A DNA stretch of 64,000 nucleotides from the human T2T-CHM13v2.0 reference genome, Homo sapiens (GCF_009914755.1 NC_060929.1), one strand, 5' to 3'. Counted from the stretch's first letter, positions 24,401 through 39,100 are shown. The notes: a model not told the origin generated them from the sequence alone. Numbers and translations are program-made.

Positions 24401-27125
24401 AACTCACAGAGTTGAACTTTCATTTACACAGAGCAGATTTGAAACACTCTTTTTGTGGAATTTGCAAGTGGAGATTTCAAGCGCTGTGAGGCCAAAGGCA
24501 GAAAAGGAAATATCTTCGTATAAAAACTAGACAGAATCATTCTCAGAAACTGCTCTGCGATGTGTGCGTTCAACTATCAGAGTTTAACTTTTCTTTTCAT
24601 TCAGCAGTTTGGAAACACTCTGTTTGTAAAGTCTGCACGTGGATAATTTGACCACTTAGAGGCCTTCGTTGGAAACGGGTTTTTTTCATGTAAGGCTAGA
24701 CAGAAGAATTCTCAGTAACTTCCTTGTGTTGTGTGTATTCAACTCACACAGTTGAACGATCCTTTACACAGAGCAGACTTGTAACACTCTTTTTGTGGAA
24801 TTTGCAAGTGGAGATTTCAGCCGCTTTGAAGTCAAATGTAGAAAAGGAAATATCTTCCTATAAAAACTAGACAGAATGATTCTCAGAAACTCCTTTGTGA
24901 TGTGTGCGTTCAACTCACAGAGTTTAACCTTTCTTTTCATAGAGCAGTTAGGAAACACTCTGTTTGTAAAGTCTGCAAGTGGATATTCAGACCTCTTTGA
25001 GGCCTTCGTTGGAAACGGGTTTTTTTCATATAAGGCTAGACAGAAGAATTCCCAGTAACTTCCTTGTGTTGTGTGTGTTCAACTCACAGAGTTGAACTTT
25101 CATTTACACAGAGCAGATTTGAAACACTCTTTTTGTGGAATTTGCAAGTGGAGATTTCAAGCGCTTTGAGGCCAAAGGCAGAAAAGGAAATATCTTCGTA
25201 TAAAAACTAGACAGAATCATTCTCAGAAACTGCTCTGTGATGTGTGCGTTCAACTCTCAGAGTTTAACTTTTCTTTTCATTCAGCAGTTTGGAAACACTC
25301 TGTTTGTAAAGTCTGCACGTGGATAATTTGACCACTTAGAGGCCTTCGTTGGAAACGGGTTTTTTTCATGTAAGGCTAGACAGAAGAGTTCTCAGTAACT
25401 TCCTTGTGTTGTGTGTATTCAACTCACACAGTTGAACGATGCTTTACACAGAGTAGACTTGTAACACTCTTTTTGTGGAATTTGCAAGTGGAGATTTCAG
25501 CCGTTTTGAAGTCAAAGTAGAAAAGGAAATATCTTCCTATAAAAACTAGACAGAATGATTCTCAGAAACTCCTTTGTGATGTGTGCGTTCAACTCACAGA
25601 GTTTAACCTTTCTTTTCATAGAGCAGTTAGGAAACACTCTGTTTGTAAAGTCTGCAAGTGGATATTCAGACCTCTTTGAGGCCTTCGTTGGAAACGGGTT
25701 TTTTTCATATAAGGCTAGACAGAAGAATTCCCAGTAACTTCCTTGTGTTGTGTGTGTTCAACTCACAGAGTTGAACTTTCATTTACACAGAGCAGATTTG
25801 AAACACTCTTTTTGTGGAATTTGCAGGTGGAGATTTCAAGCGCTTTGAGGCCAAAGGCAGAAAAGGAAATATCTTCGTATAAAAACTAGACAGAATCATT
25901 CTCAGAAACTGCTCTGCGATGTGTGCGTTCAACTCTCAGAGTTTAACTTTTCTTTTCATTCAGCAGTTTGGAAACACTCTGTTTGTAAAGTCTGCACGTG
26001 GATAATTTGACCACTTAGAGGCCTTCGTTGGAAACGGGTTTTTTTCATGTAAGGCTAGACAGAAGAATTCTCAGTAACTTCCTTGTGTTGTGTGTATTCA
26101 ACTCACAGAGTTGAACGATCCTTTACACAGAGCAGACTTGTAACACTCTTTTTGTGGAATTTGCAAGTGGAGATTTCAGCCGCTTTGAAGTCAAAGGTAG
26201 AAAAGGAAATATCTTCCTATAAAAACTAGACAGAATGATTCTCAGAAACTCCTTTGTGATGTGTGCGTTCAACTCACAGAGTTTAACCTTTCTTTTCATA
26301 GAGCAGTTAGGAAACACTCTGCTTGTAAAGTCTGCAAGTGGATATTCAGCCCTCTTTGAGGCCTTCGTTGGAAACGGGTTTTTTTCATATAAGGCTAGAC
26401 AGAAGAATTCCCAGTAACTTCCTTGTGTTGTGTGTGTTCAACTCACAGAGTTGAACTTTCATTTACACAGAGCAGATTTGAAACACTCTTTTTGTGGAAT
26501 TTGCAAGTGGAGATTTCAAGCGCTTTGAGGCCAAAGGCAGAAAAGGAAATATCTTCGTATAAAAACTAGACAGAATCATTCTCAGAAACTGCTCTGCGAT
26601 GTGTGCGTTCAACTCTCAGAGTTTAACTTTTCTTTTCATTCAGCAGTTTGGAAACACTCTGTTTGTAAAGTCTGCACGTGGATATTTTGACCACTTAGAG
26701 GCCTTCGTTGGAAACGGGTTTTTTTCCTGTAAGGCTAGACAGAAGAATTCCCAGTAACTCCCTTGTGTTGTGTACATTCAACTCACAGAGTTGAACGTTC
26801 CCTTAGACAGAGCAGATTTGAAACACTCTTTTTGTGCAATTGGCAAGTGGAGATTTCAAGCGCTTTGAGGTCAATGGCAGAAAAGGAAATATCTTCGTTT
26901 CAAAACTAGACAGAATCATTCCCACAAACTGCGTTGTGATGTGTTCGTTCAACTCACAGAGTTTAACCTTTCTTTTCATAGAGCAGTTAGGAAACAGTCT
27001 GTTTGAAAATTCTGTAAGTGGATATTCTGACATCTTGTGGCCTTCGTTGGAAACGGGATTTCTTCATATTCTGCTAGACAGAAGAATTCTCAGAATCTTC
27101 CTTGTGTTGTGTGTATTCAACTCAC
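12500..27125 (+). repeat. ~6.1-kb duplicated block (about 12500-18635 and 20990-27125, offset 8491) with nested duplications
   Basis: Shared private marks at offset 8491: 4-bp deletion ~13221/~21712, ccatgtg 14533/23024, ttctttatac 15511/24002, A/D hybrid 15195/23686. Confidence 0.9.
16501..21365 (+). repeat. 2378-bp (14-monomer) tandem duplication
   Basis: agtagac 16963/19341, gcaggtgg ~17335/19713, C at 18254/20632 and the D|A junction at 18593/20971 are all offset by 2378. Confidence 0.9.
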
Positions 27126-30100
27126 AGAGTTGAACGATGGTTTACACAGAGCAGATTTGAAACACTCATTTGGTGGAATTTGCAAGTGGAGATTTCAGCC
27201 GCTTTGAGGTCAATGGTAGAAAAGGAAATATCTTCGTATAACAACTAGACAGAATGATTCTCAGAAACTTCTTTGTGATGTGTGTGTTCAACTCACAGAG
27301 TTTAACCTTTCTTTTCATAGAGCAGTTAGGAAACACTGTGTTTTTAAACTCTGCAAGTGGATATTCAGACCTCTTTGAGGCCTTCGTTGGAAACGGGATT
27401 TCTTCATACTGTGCTAGACAGAAGAATTCTCAGTAACTTCCTTGTGTTGTGTGTATTCAACTCACAGAGTTGAACGATCCTTTACACAGAGCAGACTTGA
27501 AACACTCTTTTTGTGGAATTTGCAAGTGGAGATTTCAGCCGCGTTGAGGTCAATGGTAGAAAAGGAAATATCTTCGTATAAAAACTAGACAGAATGATTC
27601 TCAGAAACTCCTTTGTGATGTGTGTGTTCAACTCACAGAGTTTAACATTTCTTTTCATAGAGCAGTTAGGAAACACTCTGTTTCTAAAGTCTGCAAGTGG
27701 ATATTGAGACCTCTTTGAGGCCTTCGTTGGAAACGGGTTTTTTTCATATAAGGCTAGACAGAAGGATTCCCAGTAACTTCCTTGTGTTGTGTGTGTTCAA
27801 CTCACAGAGTTGAACTTTCATTTACAATGAGCAGATTTGAAACACTCTTTTTGTGGAATTTGCAAGTGGAGATTTCAAGCGCTTTGAGGCCAAAGGCAGA
27901 AAAGGAAATATCTTCGTATAAAAACTAGACAGAATCATTCTCAGAAACTGCTCTGCGATGTGTGCGTTCAACTCTCAGAGTTTAACTTTTCTTTTCATTC
28001 AGCAGTTTGGAAACACTCTGTTTGTAACGTCTGCACGTGAATAATTTGACCACTTAGAGGCCTTCGTTGGAAACGGGTTTTTTTCATGTAAGGCTAGACA
28101 GAAGAATTCTCAGTAACTTCCTTGTGTTGTGTGTATTCAACTCACAGAGTTGAACGATCCTTTACACAGAGCAGACTTGTAACACTCTTTTTGTGGAATT
28201 TGCAAGTGGAGATTTCAGCCGCTTTGAAGTCAAAGGTAGAAAAGGAAATATCTTCCTATAAAAACTAGACAGAATGATTCTCAGAAACTCCTTTGTGATG
28301 TGTGCGTTCAACTCACAGAGTTTAACCTTTCTTTTCATAGAGCAGTTAGGAAACACTCTGCTTGTAAAGTCTGCAAGTGGATATTCAGCCCTCTTTGAGG
28401 CCTTCGTTGGAAACGGGTTTTTTTCATATAAGGCTAGACAGAAGAATTCCCAGTAACTTCCTTGTGTTGTGTGTGTTCAACTCACAGAGTTGAACTTTCA
28501 TTTACACAGAGCAGATTTGAAACACTCTTTTTGTGGAATTTGCAAGTGGAGATTTCAAGCGCTTTGAGGCCAAAGGCAGAAAAGGAAATATCTTCGTATA
28601 AAAACTAGACAGAATCATTCTCAGAAGCTGCTCTGCGATGTGTGCGTTCAACTCTCAGAGTTTAACTTTTCTTTTCATTCAGCAGTTTGGAAACACTCTG
28701 TTTGTAAAGTCTGCACGTGGATATTTTGACCACTTAGAGGCCTTCGTTGGAAACGGGTTTTTTTCCTGTAAGGCTAGACAGAAGAATTCCCAGTAACTTC
28801 CTTGTGTTGTGTACATTCAACTCACAGAGTTGAACGTTCCCTTAGACAGAGCAGATTTGAAACACTCTTTTTGTGCAATTGGCAAGTGGAGATTTCAAGC
28901 GCTTTGAGGTCAATGGCAGAAAAGGAAATATCTTCGTTTCAAAACTAGACAGAATCATTCCCACAAACTGCGTTGTGATGTGTTCGTTCAACTCACAGAG
29001 TTTAACCTTTCTTTTCATAGAGCAGTTAGGAAACAGTCTGTTTGAAAATTCTGTAAGTGGATATTCTGACATCTTGTGGCCTTCGTTGGAAACGGGATTT
29101 CTTCATATTCTGCTAGACAGAAGAATTCTCAGAATCTTCCTTGTGTTGTGTGTATTCAACTCACAGAGTTGAACGATGGTTTACACAGAGCAGATTTGAA
29201 ACACTCATTTGGTGGAATTTGCAAGTGGAGATTTCAGCCGCTTTGAGGTCAATGGTAGAAAAGGAAATATCTTCGTATAACAACTAGACAGAATGATTCT
29301 CAGAAACTTCTTTGTGATGTGTGTGTTCAACTCACAGAGTTTAACCTTTCTTTTCATAGAGCAGTTAGGAAACACTGTGTTTTTAAACTCTGCAAGTGGA
29401 TATTCAGACCTCTTTGAGGCCTTCGTTGGAAACGGGTTTCTTCATACTGTGCTAGACAGAAGAATTCTCAGTAACTTCCTTGTGTTGTGTGTATTCAACT
29501 CACAGAGTTGAACGATCCTTTACACAGAGCAGACTTGAAACACTCTTTTTGTGGAATTTGCAAGTGGAGATTTCAGCCGCGTTGAGGTCAATGGTAGAAA
29601 AGGAAATATCTTCGTATAAAAACTAGACAGAATGATTCTCAGAAACTCCTTTGTGATGTGTGTGTTCAACTCACAGAGTTTAACATTTCTTTTCATAGAG
29701 CAGTTAGGAAACACTCTGTTTGTAAAGTCTGCAAGTGGATATTCAGACCTCTTTGAGGCCTTCGTTGGAAACGGGTTTTTTTCATATAAGGCTAGACAGA
29801 AGAATTCCCAGTAACTTCCTTGTGTTGTGTGTGTTCAACTCACAGAGTTGAACTTTCATTTACACAGAGCAGATTTGAAACACTCTTTTTGTGGAATTTG
29901 CAAATGGAGATTTCAAGCGCTTTGAGGCCAAAGGCAGAAAAGGAAATATCCTCGTATAAAAACTAGACAGAATCATTCTCAGAAACTGCTCTGCGATGTG
30001 TGCGTTCAACTCTCAGAGTTTAACTTTTCTTTTCATTCAGCAGTTTGGAAACACTCTGTTTGTAAAGTCTGCACGTGGATAATTTGACCACTTAGAGGCC

Positions 30101-33100
30101 TTCGTTGGAAACGGGTTTTTTTCATGTAAGGCTAGACAGAAGAATTCTCAGTAACTTCCTTGTGTTGTGTGTATCCAACTCACAGAGTTGAACGATCCTT
30201 TACACAGAGCAGACTTGTAACACTCTTTTTGTGGAATTTGCAAGTGGAGATTTCAGCCGCTTTGAAGTCAAAGGTAGAAAAGGAAATATCTTCCTATAAA
30301 AACTAGACAGAATGATTCTCAGAAACTCCTTTGTGATGTGTACGTTCAACTCACAGAGTTTAACCTTTCTTTTCATAGAGCAGTTAGGAAACACTCTGTT
30401 TGTAAAGTCTGCAAGTGGATATTCAGACCTCTTTGAGGCCTTCGTTGGAAACGGGTTTTTTTCATATAAGGCTAGACAGAAGGATTCCCAGTAACTTCCT
30501 TGTGTTGTGTGTGTTCAACTCACAGAGTTGAACTTTCATTTACAAAGAGCAGATTTGAAACACTCTTTTTGTGGAATTTGCAATTGGAGATTTCAAGCGC
30601 TTTGAGGCCAAAGGCAGAAAAGGAAATATCTTCGTATAAAAACTAGACAGAATCATTCTCAGAAACTGCTCTGCGATGTGTGCGTTCAACTCTCAGAGTT
30701 TAACTTTTCTTTTCATTCAGCAGTTTGGAAACACTCTGTTTGTAAAGTCTGCACGTGGATAATTTGACCACTTAGAGGCCTTCGTTGGAAACGGGTTTTT
30801 TTCATGTAAGGCTAGACAGAAGAATTCTCAGTAACTTCCTTGTGTTGTGTGTATTCAACTCACACAGTTGAACGATCCTTTACACAGAGCAGACTTGTAA
30901 CACTCTTTTTGTGGAATTTGCAAGTGGAGATTTCAGCCGCTTTGAAGTCAAAGGTAGAAAAGGAAATATCTTCCTATAAAAACTAGACAGAATGATTCTC
31001 AGAAACTCCTTTGTGATGTGTGCGTTCAACTCACAGAGTTTAACCTTTCTTTTCATAGAGCAGTTAGGAAACACTCTGCTTGTAAAGTCTGCAAGTGGAT
31101 ATTCAGCCCTCTTTGAGGCCTTCGTTGGAAACGGGTTTTTTTCATATAAGGCTAGACAGAAGAATTCCCAGTAACTTCCTTGTGTTGTGTGTGTTCAACT
31201 CACAGAGTTGAACTTTGATTTACACAGAGCAGATTTGAAACACTCTTTTTGTGGAATTTGCAAGTGGAGATTTCAAGCGCTTTGAGGCCAAAGGCAGAAA
31301 AGGAAATATCTTCGTATAAAAACTAGACAGAATCATTCTCAGAAACTGCTCTGCGATGTGTGCGTTCAACTCTCAGAGTTTAACTTTTCTTTTCATTCAG
31401 CAGTTTGGAAACACTCTGTTTGGAAAGTCTGCACGTGGATATTTTGACCACTTAGAGGCCTTCGTTGGAAACGGGTTTTTTTCCTGTAAGGCTAGACAGA
31501 AGAATTCCCAGTAACTTCCTTGTGTTGTGTACATTCCACTCACAGAGTTGAACGTTCCCTTAGATAGAGCAGATTTGAAACACTCTTTTTGTGCAATTGG
31601 CAAGTGGAGATTTCAAGCGCTTTAAGGTCAATGGCAGAAAAGGAAATATCTTCGTTTCAAAACTAGACAGAATCATTCCCAAAAACTGCGTTGTGATGTG
31701 TTCCTTCATCTCACAGAGTTTAACCTTTCTTTTCATAGAGTAGTTAGGAAACAGTCTGTTTGTAAATTCTGTAAGTGGATATTCTGACATCTTGTGGCCT
31801 TCGTTGGAAACGGGATTTCTTCATATTCTGCTAGACAGAAGAATTCTCAGAATCTTCCTTGTGTTGTGTGTATTCAACTCACAGAGTTGAACGATGGTTT
31901 ACACAGAGCAGATTTGAAACACTCTTTTTGTGGAATTTGCAAGTGGAGATTTCAGCCGCTTTGAGGTCAATGGTAGAAAAGGAAATATCTTCGTATAAAA
32001 ACTAGACAGAATGATTCTCAGAAACTTCTTTGTGATGTGTGCGTTCAACTCACAGAGTTTAACCTTTCTTTTCATAGAGTAGTTAGGAAACACTCTGTTT
32101 GTAAACTCTGCAAGTGGATATTCAGACCTCTTTGAGGCCTTCGTTGGAAACGGGATTTCTTCATACTGTGCTAGACAGAAGAATTCTCAGTAACTTCCTT
32201 GTGTTGTGTGTATTCAACTCACAGAGTTGACCGATCCTTTACACAGAGCAGACTTGTAACACTCTTTTTGTGGAATTTGCAAGTGGAGATTTCAGCCGCT
32301 TTGAAGTCAAAGGTAGAAAAGGGAATATCTTCCTATAAAAACTAGACAGAATGATTCTCAGAAACTCCTTTGTGATGTGTGCGTTCAACTCACAGAGTTT
32401 AACCTTTCTTTTCATAGAGCAGTTAGGAAACACTGTGTTTCTAAAGTCTGCAAGTGGATATTCAGACCTCTTTGAGGCCTTCGTTGGAAACGGGTTTTTT
32501 TCATATAAGGCTAGACAGAAGAATTCCCAGTAACTTCCTTGTGTTGTGTGTGTTCAACTCACAGAGTTGAACTTTCATTTACACAGAGCAGATTTGAAAC
32601 ACTCTTTTTGTGGAATTTGCAAGTGGAGATTTCAAGCGCTGTGAGGCCAAAGGCAGAAAAGGAAATATCTTCGTATAAAAACTAGACAGAATCATTCTCA
32701 GAAACTGCTCTGCGATGTGTGCGTTCAACTCTCAGAGTTTAACTTTTCTTTTCATTCAGCAGTTTGGAAACACTCTGTTTGTAAAGTCTGCACGTGGATA
32801 ATTTGACCACTTAGAGGCCTTCGTTGGAAACGGGTTTTTTTCATGTAAGGCTAGACAGAAGAATTCTCAGTAACTTCCTTGTGTTGTGTGTATTCAACTC
32901 ACACAGTTGAACGATCCTTTACACAGAGCAGACTTGTAACACTCTTTTTGTGGAATTTGCAAGTGGAGATTTCAGCCGCTTTGAAGTCAAATGTAGAAAA
33001 GGAAATATCTTCCTATAAAAACTAGACAGAATGATTCTCAGAAACTCCTTTGTGATGTGTGCGTTCAACTCACAGAGTTTAACCTTTCTTTTCATAGAGC

Positions 33101-36100
33101 AGTTAGGAAACACTCTGTTTGTAAAGTCTGCAAGTGGATATTCAGACCTCTTTGAGGCCTTCGTTGGAAACGGGTTTTTTTCATATAAGGCTAGACAGAA
33201 GAATTCCCAGTAACTTCCTTGTGTTGTGTGTGTTCAACTCACAGAGTTGAACTTTCATTTACACAGAGCAGATTTGAAACACTCTTTTTGTGGAATTTGC
33301 AAGTGGAGATTTCAAGCGCTTTGAGGCCAAAGGCAGAAAAGGAAATATCTTCGTATAAAAACTAGACAGAATCATTCTCAGAAACTGCTCTGTGATGTGT
33401 GCGTTCAACTCTCAGAGTTTAACTTTTCTTTTCATTCAGCAGTTTGGAAACACTCTGTTTGTAAAGTCTGCACGTGGATATTTTGACCACTTAGAGGCCT
33501 TCGTTGGAAACGGGTTTTTTTCCTGTAAGGCTAGACAGAAGAATTCCCAGTAACTTCCTTGTGTTGTGTACATTCAACTCACAGAGTTGAACGTTCCCTT
33601 AGACAGAGCAGATTTGAAACACTCTTTTTGTGCAATTGGCAAGTGGAGATTTCAAGCGCTTTAAGGTCAATGGCAGAAAAGGAAATATCTTCGTTTCAAA
33701 ACTAGACAGAATCATTCCCACAAACTGCGTTGTGATGTGTTCGTTCATCTCACAGAGTTTAACCTTTCTTTTCATAGAGCAGTTAGGAAACAGTCTGTTT
33801 GTAAATTCTGTAAGTGGATATTCTGACATCTTGTGGCCTTCGTTGGAAACGGGATTTCTTCATATTCTGCTAGACAGAAGAATTCTCAGAATCTTCCTTG
33901 TGTTGTGTGTATTCAACTCACAGAGTTGAACGATGGTTTACACAGAGCAGATTTGAAACACTCTTTTTGTGGAATTTGCAAGTGGAGATTTCAGCCGCTT
34001 TGAGGTCAATGGTAGAAAAGGAAATATCTTCGTATAAAAACTAGACAGAATGATTCTCAGAAACTTCTTTGTGATGTGTGCGTTCAACTCACAGAGTTTA
34101 ACCTTTCTTTTCATAGAGCAGTTAGGAAACACTCTGTTTGTAAACTCTGCAAGTGGATATTCAGACCTCTTTGAGGCCTTCGTTGGAAACGGGATTTCTT
34201 CATACTGTGCTAGACAGAAGAATTCTCAGTAACTTCCTTGTGTTGTGTGTATTCAACTCACAGAGTTGACCGATCCTTTACACAGAGCAGACTTGTAACA
34301 CTCTTTTTGTGGAATTTGCAAGTGGAGATTTCAGCCGCTTTGAAGTCAAAGGTAGAAAAGGGAATATCTTCCTATAAAAACTAGACAGAATGATTCTCAG
34401 AAACTCCTTTGTGATGTGTGCGTTCAACTCACAGAGTTTAACCTTTCTTTTCATAGAGCAGTTAGGAAACACTCTGTTTCTAAAGTCTGCAAGTGGATAT
34501 TCAGACCTCTTTGAGGCCTTCGTTGGAAACGGGTTTTTTTCATATAAGGCTAGAGAGAAGAATTCCCAGTAACTTCCTTGTGTTGTGTGTGTTCAACTCA
34601 CAGAGTTGAACTTTCATTTACACAGAGCAGATTTGAAACACTCTTTTTGTGGAATTTGCAAGTGGAGATTTCAAGCGCTGTGAGGCCAAAGGCAGAAAAG
34701 GAAATATCTTCGTATAAAAACTAGACAGAATCGTTCTCAGAAACTGCTCTGCGATGTGTGCGTTCAACTCTCAGAGTTTAACTTTTCTTTTCATTCAGCA
34801 GTTTGGAAACACTCTGTTTGTAAAGTCTGCACGTGGATAATTTGACCACTTAGAGGCCTTCGTTGGAAACGGGTTTTTTTCATGTAAGGCTAGACAGAAG
34901 AATTCTCAGTAACTTCCTTGTGTTGTGTGTATTCAACTCACACAGTTGAACGATCCTTTACACAAAGCAGACTTGTAACACTCTTTTTGTGGAATTTGCA
35001 AGTGGAGATTTCAGCCGCTTTGAAGTCAAATGTAGAAAAGGAAATATCTTCCTATAAAAACTAGACAGAATGATTCTCAGAAACTCCTTTGTGATGTGTG
35101 CGTTCAACTCACAGAGTTTAACCTTTCTTTTCATAGAGCAGTTAGGAAACACTCTGTTTGTAAAGTCTGCAAGTGGATATTCAGACCTGTTTGAGGCCTT
35201 CGTTGGAAACGGGTTTTTTTCATATAAGGCTAGACAGAAGAATTCCCAGTAACTTCCTTGTGTTGTGTGTGTTCAACTCACAGAGTTGAACTTTCATTTA
35301 CACAGAGCAGATTTGAAACACTCTTTTTGTGGAATTTGCAAGTGGAGATTTCAAGCGCTTTGAGGCCAAAGGCAGAAAAGGAAATATCTTCGTATAAAAA
35401 CTAGACAGAATCATTCTCAGAAACTGCTCTGTGATGTGTGCGTTCAACTCTCAGAGTTTAACTTTTCTTTTCATTCAGCAGTTTGGAAACACTCTGTTTG
35501 TAAAGTCTGCACGTGGATAATTTGACCACTTAGAGGCCTTCGTTGGAAACGGGTTTTTTTCATGTAAGGCTAGACAGAAGAGTTCTCAGTAACTTCCTTG
35601 TGTTGTGTGTATTCAACTCACACAGTTGAACGATCCTTTACAGAGAGCAGACTTGTAACACTCTTTTTGTGGAATTTGCAAGTGGAGATTTCAGCCGCTT
35701 TGAAGTCAAAGTAGAAAAGGAAATATCTTCCTATAAAAACTAGACAGAATGATTCTCAGAAACTCCTTTGTGATGTGTGCGTTCAACTCACAGAGTTTAA
35801 CCTTTCTTTTCATAGAGCAGTTAGGAAACACTCTGTTTGTAAAGTCTGCAAGTGGATATTCAGACCTCTTTGAGGCCTTCGTTGGAAACGGGTTTTTTTC
35901 ATATAAGGCTAGACAGAAGAATTCCCAGTAACTTCCTTGTGTTGTGTGTGTTCAACTCACAGAGTTGAACTTTCATTTACACAGAGCAGATTTGAAACAC
36001 TCTTTTTGTGGAATTTGCAAGTGGAGATTTCAAGCGCTTTGAGGCCAAAGGCAGAAAAGGAAATATCTTCGTATAAAAACTAGACAGAATCATTCTCAGA

Positions 36101-39100
36101 AACTGCTCTGTGATGTGTGCGTTCAACTCTCAGAGTTTAACTTTTCTTTTCATTCAGCAGTTTGGAAACACTCTGTTTGTAAAGTCTGCACGTGGATAAT
36201 TTGACCACTTAGAGGCCTTCGTTGGAAACGGGTTTTTTTCATGTAAGGCTAGACAGAAGAGTTCTCAGTAACTTCCTTGTGTTGTGTGTATTCAACTCAC
36301 ACAGTTGAACGATCCTTTACAGAGAGCAGACTTGTAACACTCTTTTTGTGGAATTTGCAAGTGGAGATTTCAGCCGCTTTGAAGTCAAAGTAGAAAAGGA
36401 AATATCTTCCTATAAAAACTAGACAGAATGATTCTCAGAAACTCCTTTGTGATGTGTGCGTTCAACTCACAGAGTTTAACCTTTCTTTTCATAGAGCAGT
36501 TAGGAAACACTCTGCTTGTAAAGTCTGCAAGTGGATATTCAGCCCTCTTTGAGGCCTTCGTTGGAAACGGGTTTTTTTCATATAAGGCTAGACAGAAGAA
36601 TTCCCAGTAACTTCCTTGTGTTGTGTGTGTTCAACTCACAGAGTTGAACTTTGATTTACACAGAGCAGATTTGAAACACTCTTTTTGTGGAATTTGCAAG
36701 TGGAGATTTCAAGCGCTTTGAGGCCAAAGGCAGAAAAGGAAATATCTTCGTATAAAAACTAGACAGAATCATTCTCAGAAACTGCTCTGCGATGTGTGCG
36801 TTCAACTCTCAGAGTTTAACTTTTCTTTTCATTCAGCAGTTTGGAAACACTCTGTTTGTAAAGTCTGCACGTGGATATTTTGACCACTTAGAGGCCTTCG
36901 TTGGAAACGTGTTTTTTTCCTGTAAGGCTAGACAGAAGAATTCCCAGTAACTTCCTTGTGTTGTGTACATTCAACTCACAGAGTTGAACGTTCCCTTAGA
37001 CAGAGCAGATTTGAAACACTCTTTTTGTGCAATTGGCAAGTGGAGATTTCAAGCGCTTTGAGGTCAATGGCAGAAAAGGAAATATCTTCGTTTCAAAACT
37101 AGACAGAATCATTCCCAAAAACTGCGTTGTGATGTGTTCGTTCAACTCACAGAGTTTAACCTTTCTTTTCATAGAGCAGTTAGGAAACAGTCTGTTTGAA
37201 AATTCTGTAAGTGGATATTCTGACATCTTGTGGCCTTCGTTGGAAACGGGATTTCTTCATATTCTGCTAGACAGAAGAATTCTCAGAATCTTCCTTGTGT
37301 TGTGTGTATTCAACTCACAGAGTTGAACGATAGTTTACACAGAGCAGATTTGAAACACTCATTTGGTGGAATTTGCAAGTGGAGATTTCAGCCGCTTTGA
37401 GGTCAATGGTAGAAAAGGAAATATCTTCGTATAATAACTAGACAGAATGATTCTCAGAAACTTCTTTGTGATGTGTGTGTTCAACTCACAGTGTTTAACC
37501 TTTCTTTTCATAGAGCAGTTAGGAAACACTGTGTTTTTAAACTCTGCAAGTGGATATTCAGACCTCTTTGAGGCCTTCGTTGGAAACGGGTTTCTTCATA
37601 CTGTGCTAGACAGAAGAATTCTCAGTAACTTCCTTGTGTTGTGTGTATTCAACTCACAGAGTTGAACGATCCTTTACACAGAGCAGACTTGAAACACTCT
37701 TTTTGTGGAATTTGCAAGTGGAGATTTCAGCCGCGTTGAGGTCAATGGTAGAAAAGGAAATATCTTCGTATAAAAACTAGACAGAATGATTCTCAGAAAC
37801 TCCTTTGTGATGTGTGTGTTCAACTCACAGAGTTTAACATTTCTTTTCATAGAGCAGTTAGGAAACACTCTGTTTGTAAAGTCTGCAAGTGGATATTCAG
37901 ACCTCTTTGAGGCCTTCGTTGGAAACGGGTTTTTTTCATATAAGGCTAGACAGAAGAATTCCCAGTAACTTCCTTGTGTTGTGTGTGTTCAACTCACAGA
38001 GTTGAACTTTCATTTACACAGAGCAGATTTGAAACACTCTTTTTGTGGAATTTGCAGGTGGAGATTTCAAGCGCTTTGAGGCCAAAGGCAGAAAAGGAAA
38101 TATCTTCGTATAAAAACTAGACAGAATCATTCTCAGAAACTGCTCTGCGATGTGTGCGTTCAACTCTCAGAGTTTAACTTTTCTTATCATTCAGCAGTTT
38201 GGAAACACTCTGTTTGTAAAGTCTGCACGTGGATAATTTGACCACTTAGAGGCCTTCCTTGGAAACGGGTTTTTTTCATGTAAGGCTAGACAGAAGAATT
38301 CTCAGTAACTTCCTTGTGTTGTGTGTATTCAACTCACAGAGTTGAACGATCCTTTACACAGAGCAGACTTGTAACACTCTTTTTGTGGAATTTGCAAGTG
38401 GAGATTTCAGCCGCTTTGAAGTCAAAGGTAGAAAAGGAAATATCTTCCTATAAAAACTAGACAGAATGATTCTCAGAAACTCCTTTGTGATGTGTACGTT
38501 CAACTCACAGAGTTTAACCTGTCTTTTCATAGAGCAGTTAGGAAACACTCTGTTTGTAAAGTCTGCAAGTGGATATTGAGACCTCTTTGAGACCTTCGTT
38601 GGAAACGGGTTTTTTTCATATAAGGCTAGACAGAAGGATTCCCAGTAACTTCCTTGTGTTGTGTGTGTTCAACTCACAGAGTTGAACTTTCATTTACAAA
38701 GAGCATATTTGAAACACTCTTTTTGTGGAATTTGCAAGTGGAGATTTCAAGCGCTTTGAGGCCAAAGGCAGAAAAGGAAATATCTTCGTATAAAAACTAG
38801 ACAGAATCATTCTCAGAAACTGCTCTGCGATGTGTGCGTTCAACTCTCAGAGTTTAACTTTTCTTTTCATTCAGCAGTTTGGAAACACTCTGTTTGTAAA
38901 GTCTGCACGTGGATAATTTGACCACTTAGAGGCCTTCGTTGGAAACGGGTTTTTCTCATGTAAGGCTAGACAGAAGAATTCTCAGTAACTTCCTTGTGTT
39001 GTGTGTATTCAACTCACAGAGTTGAACGATCCTTTACACAGAGCAGACTTGTAACACTCTTTTTGTGGAATTTGCAAGTGGAGATTTCAGCCGCTTTGAA

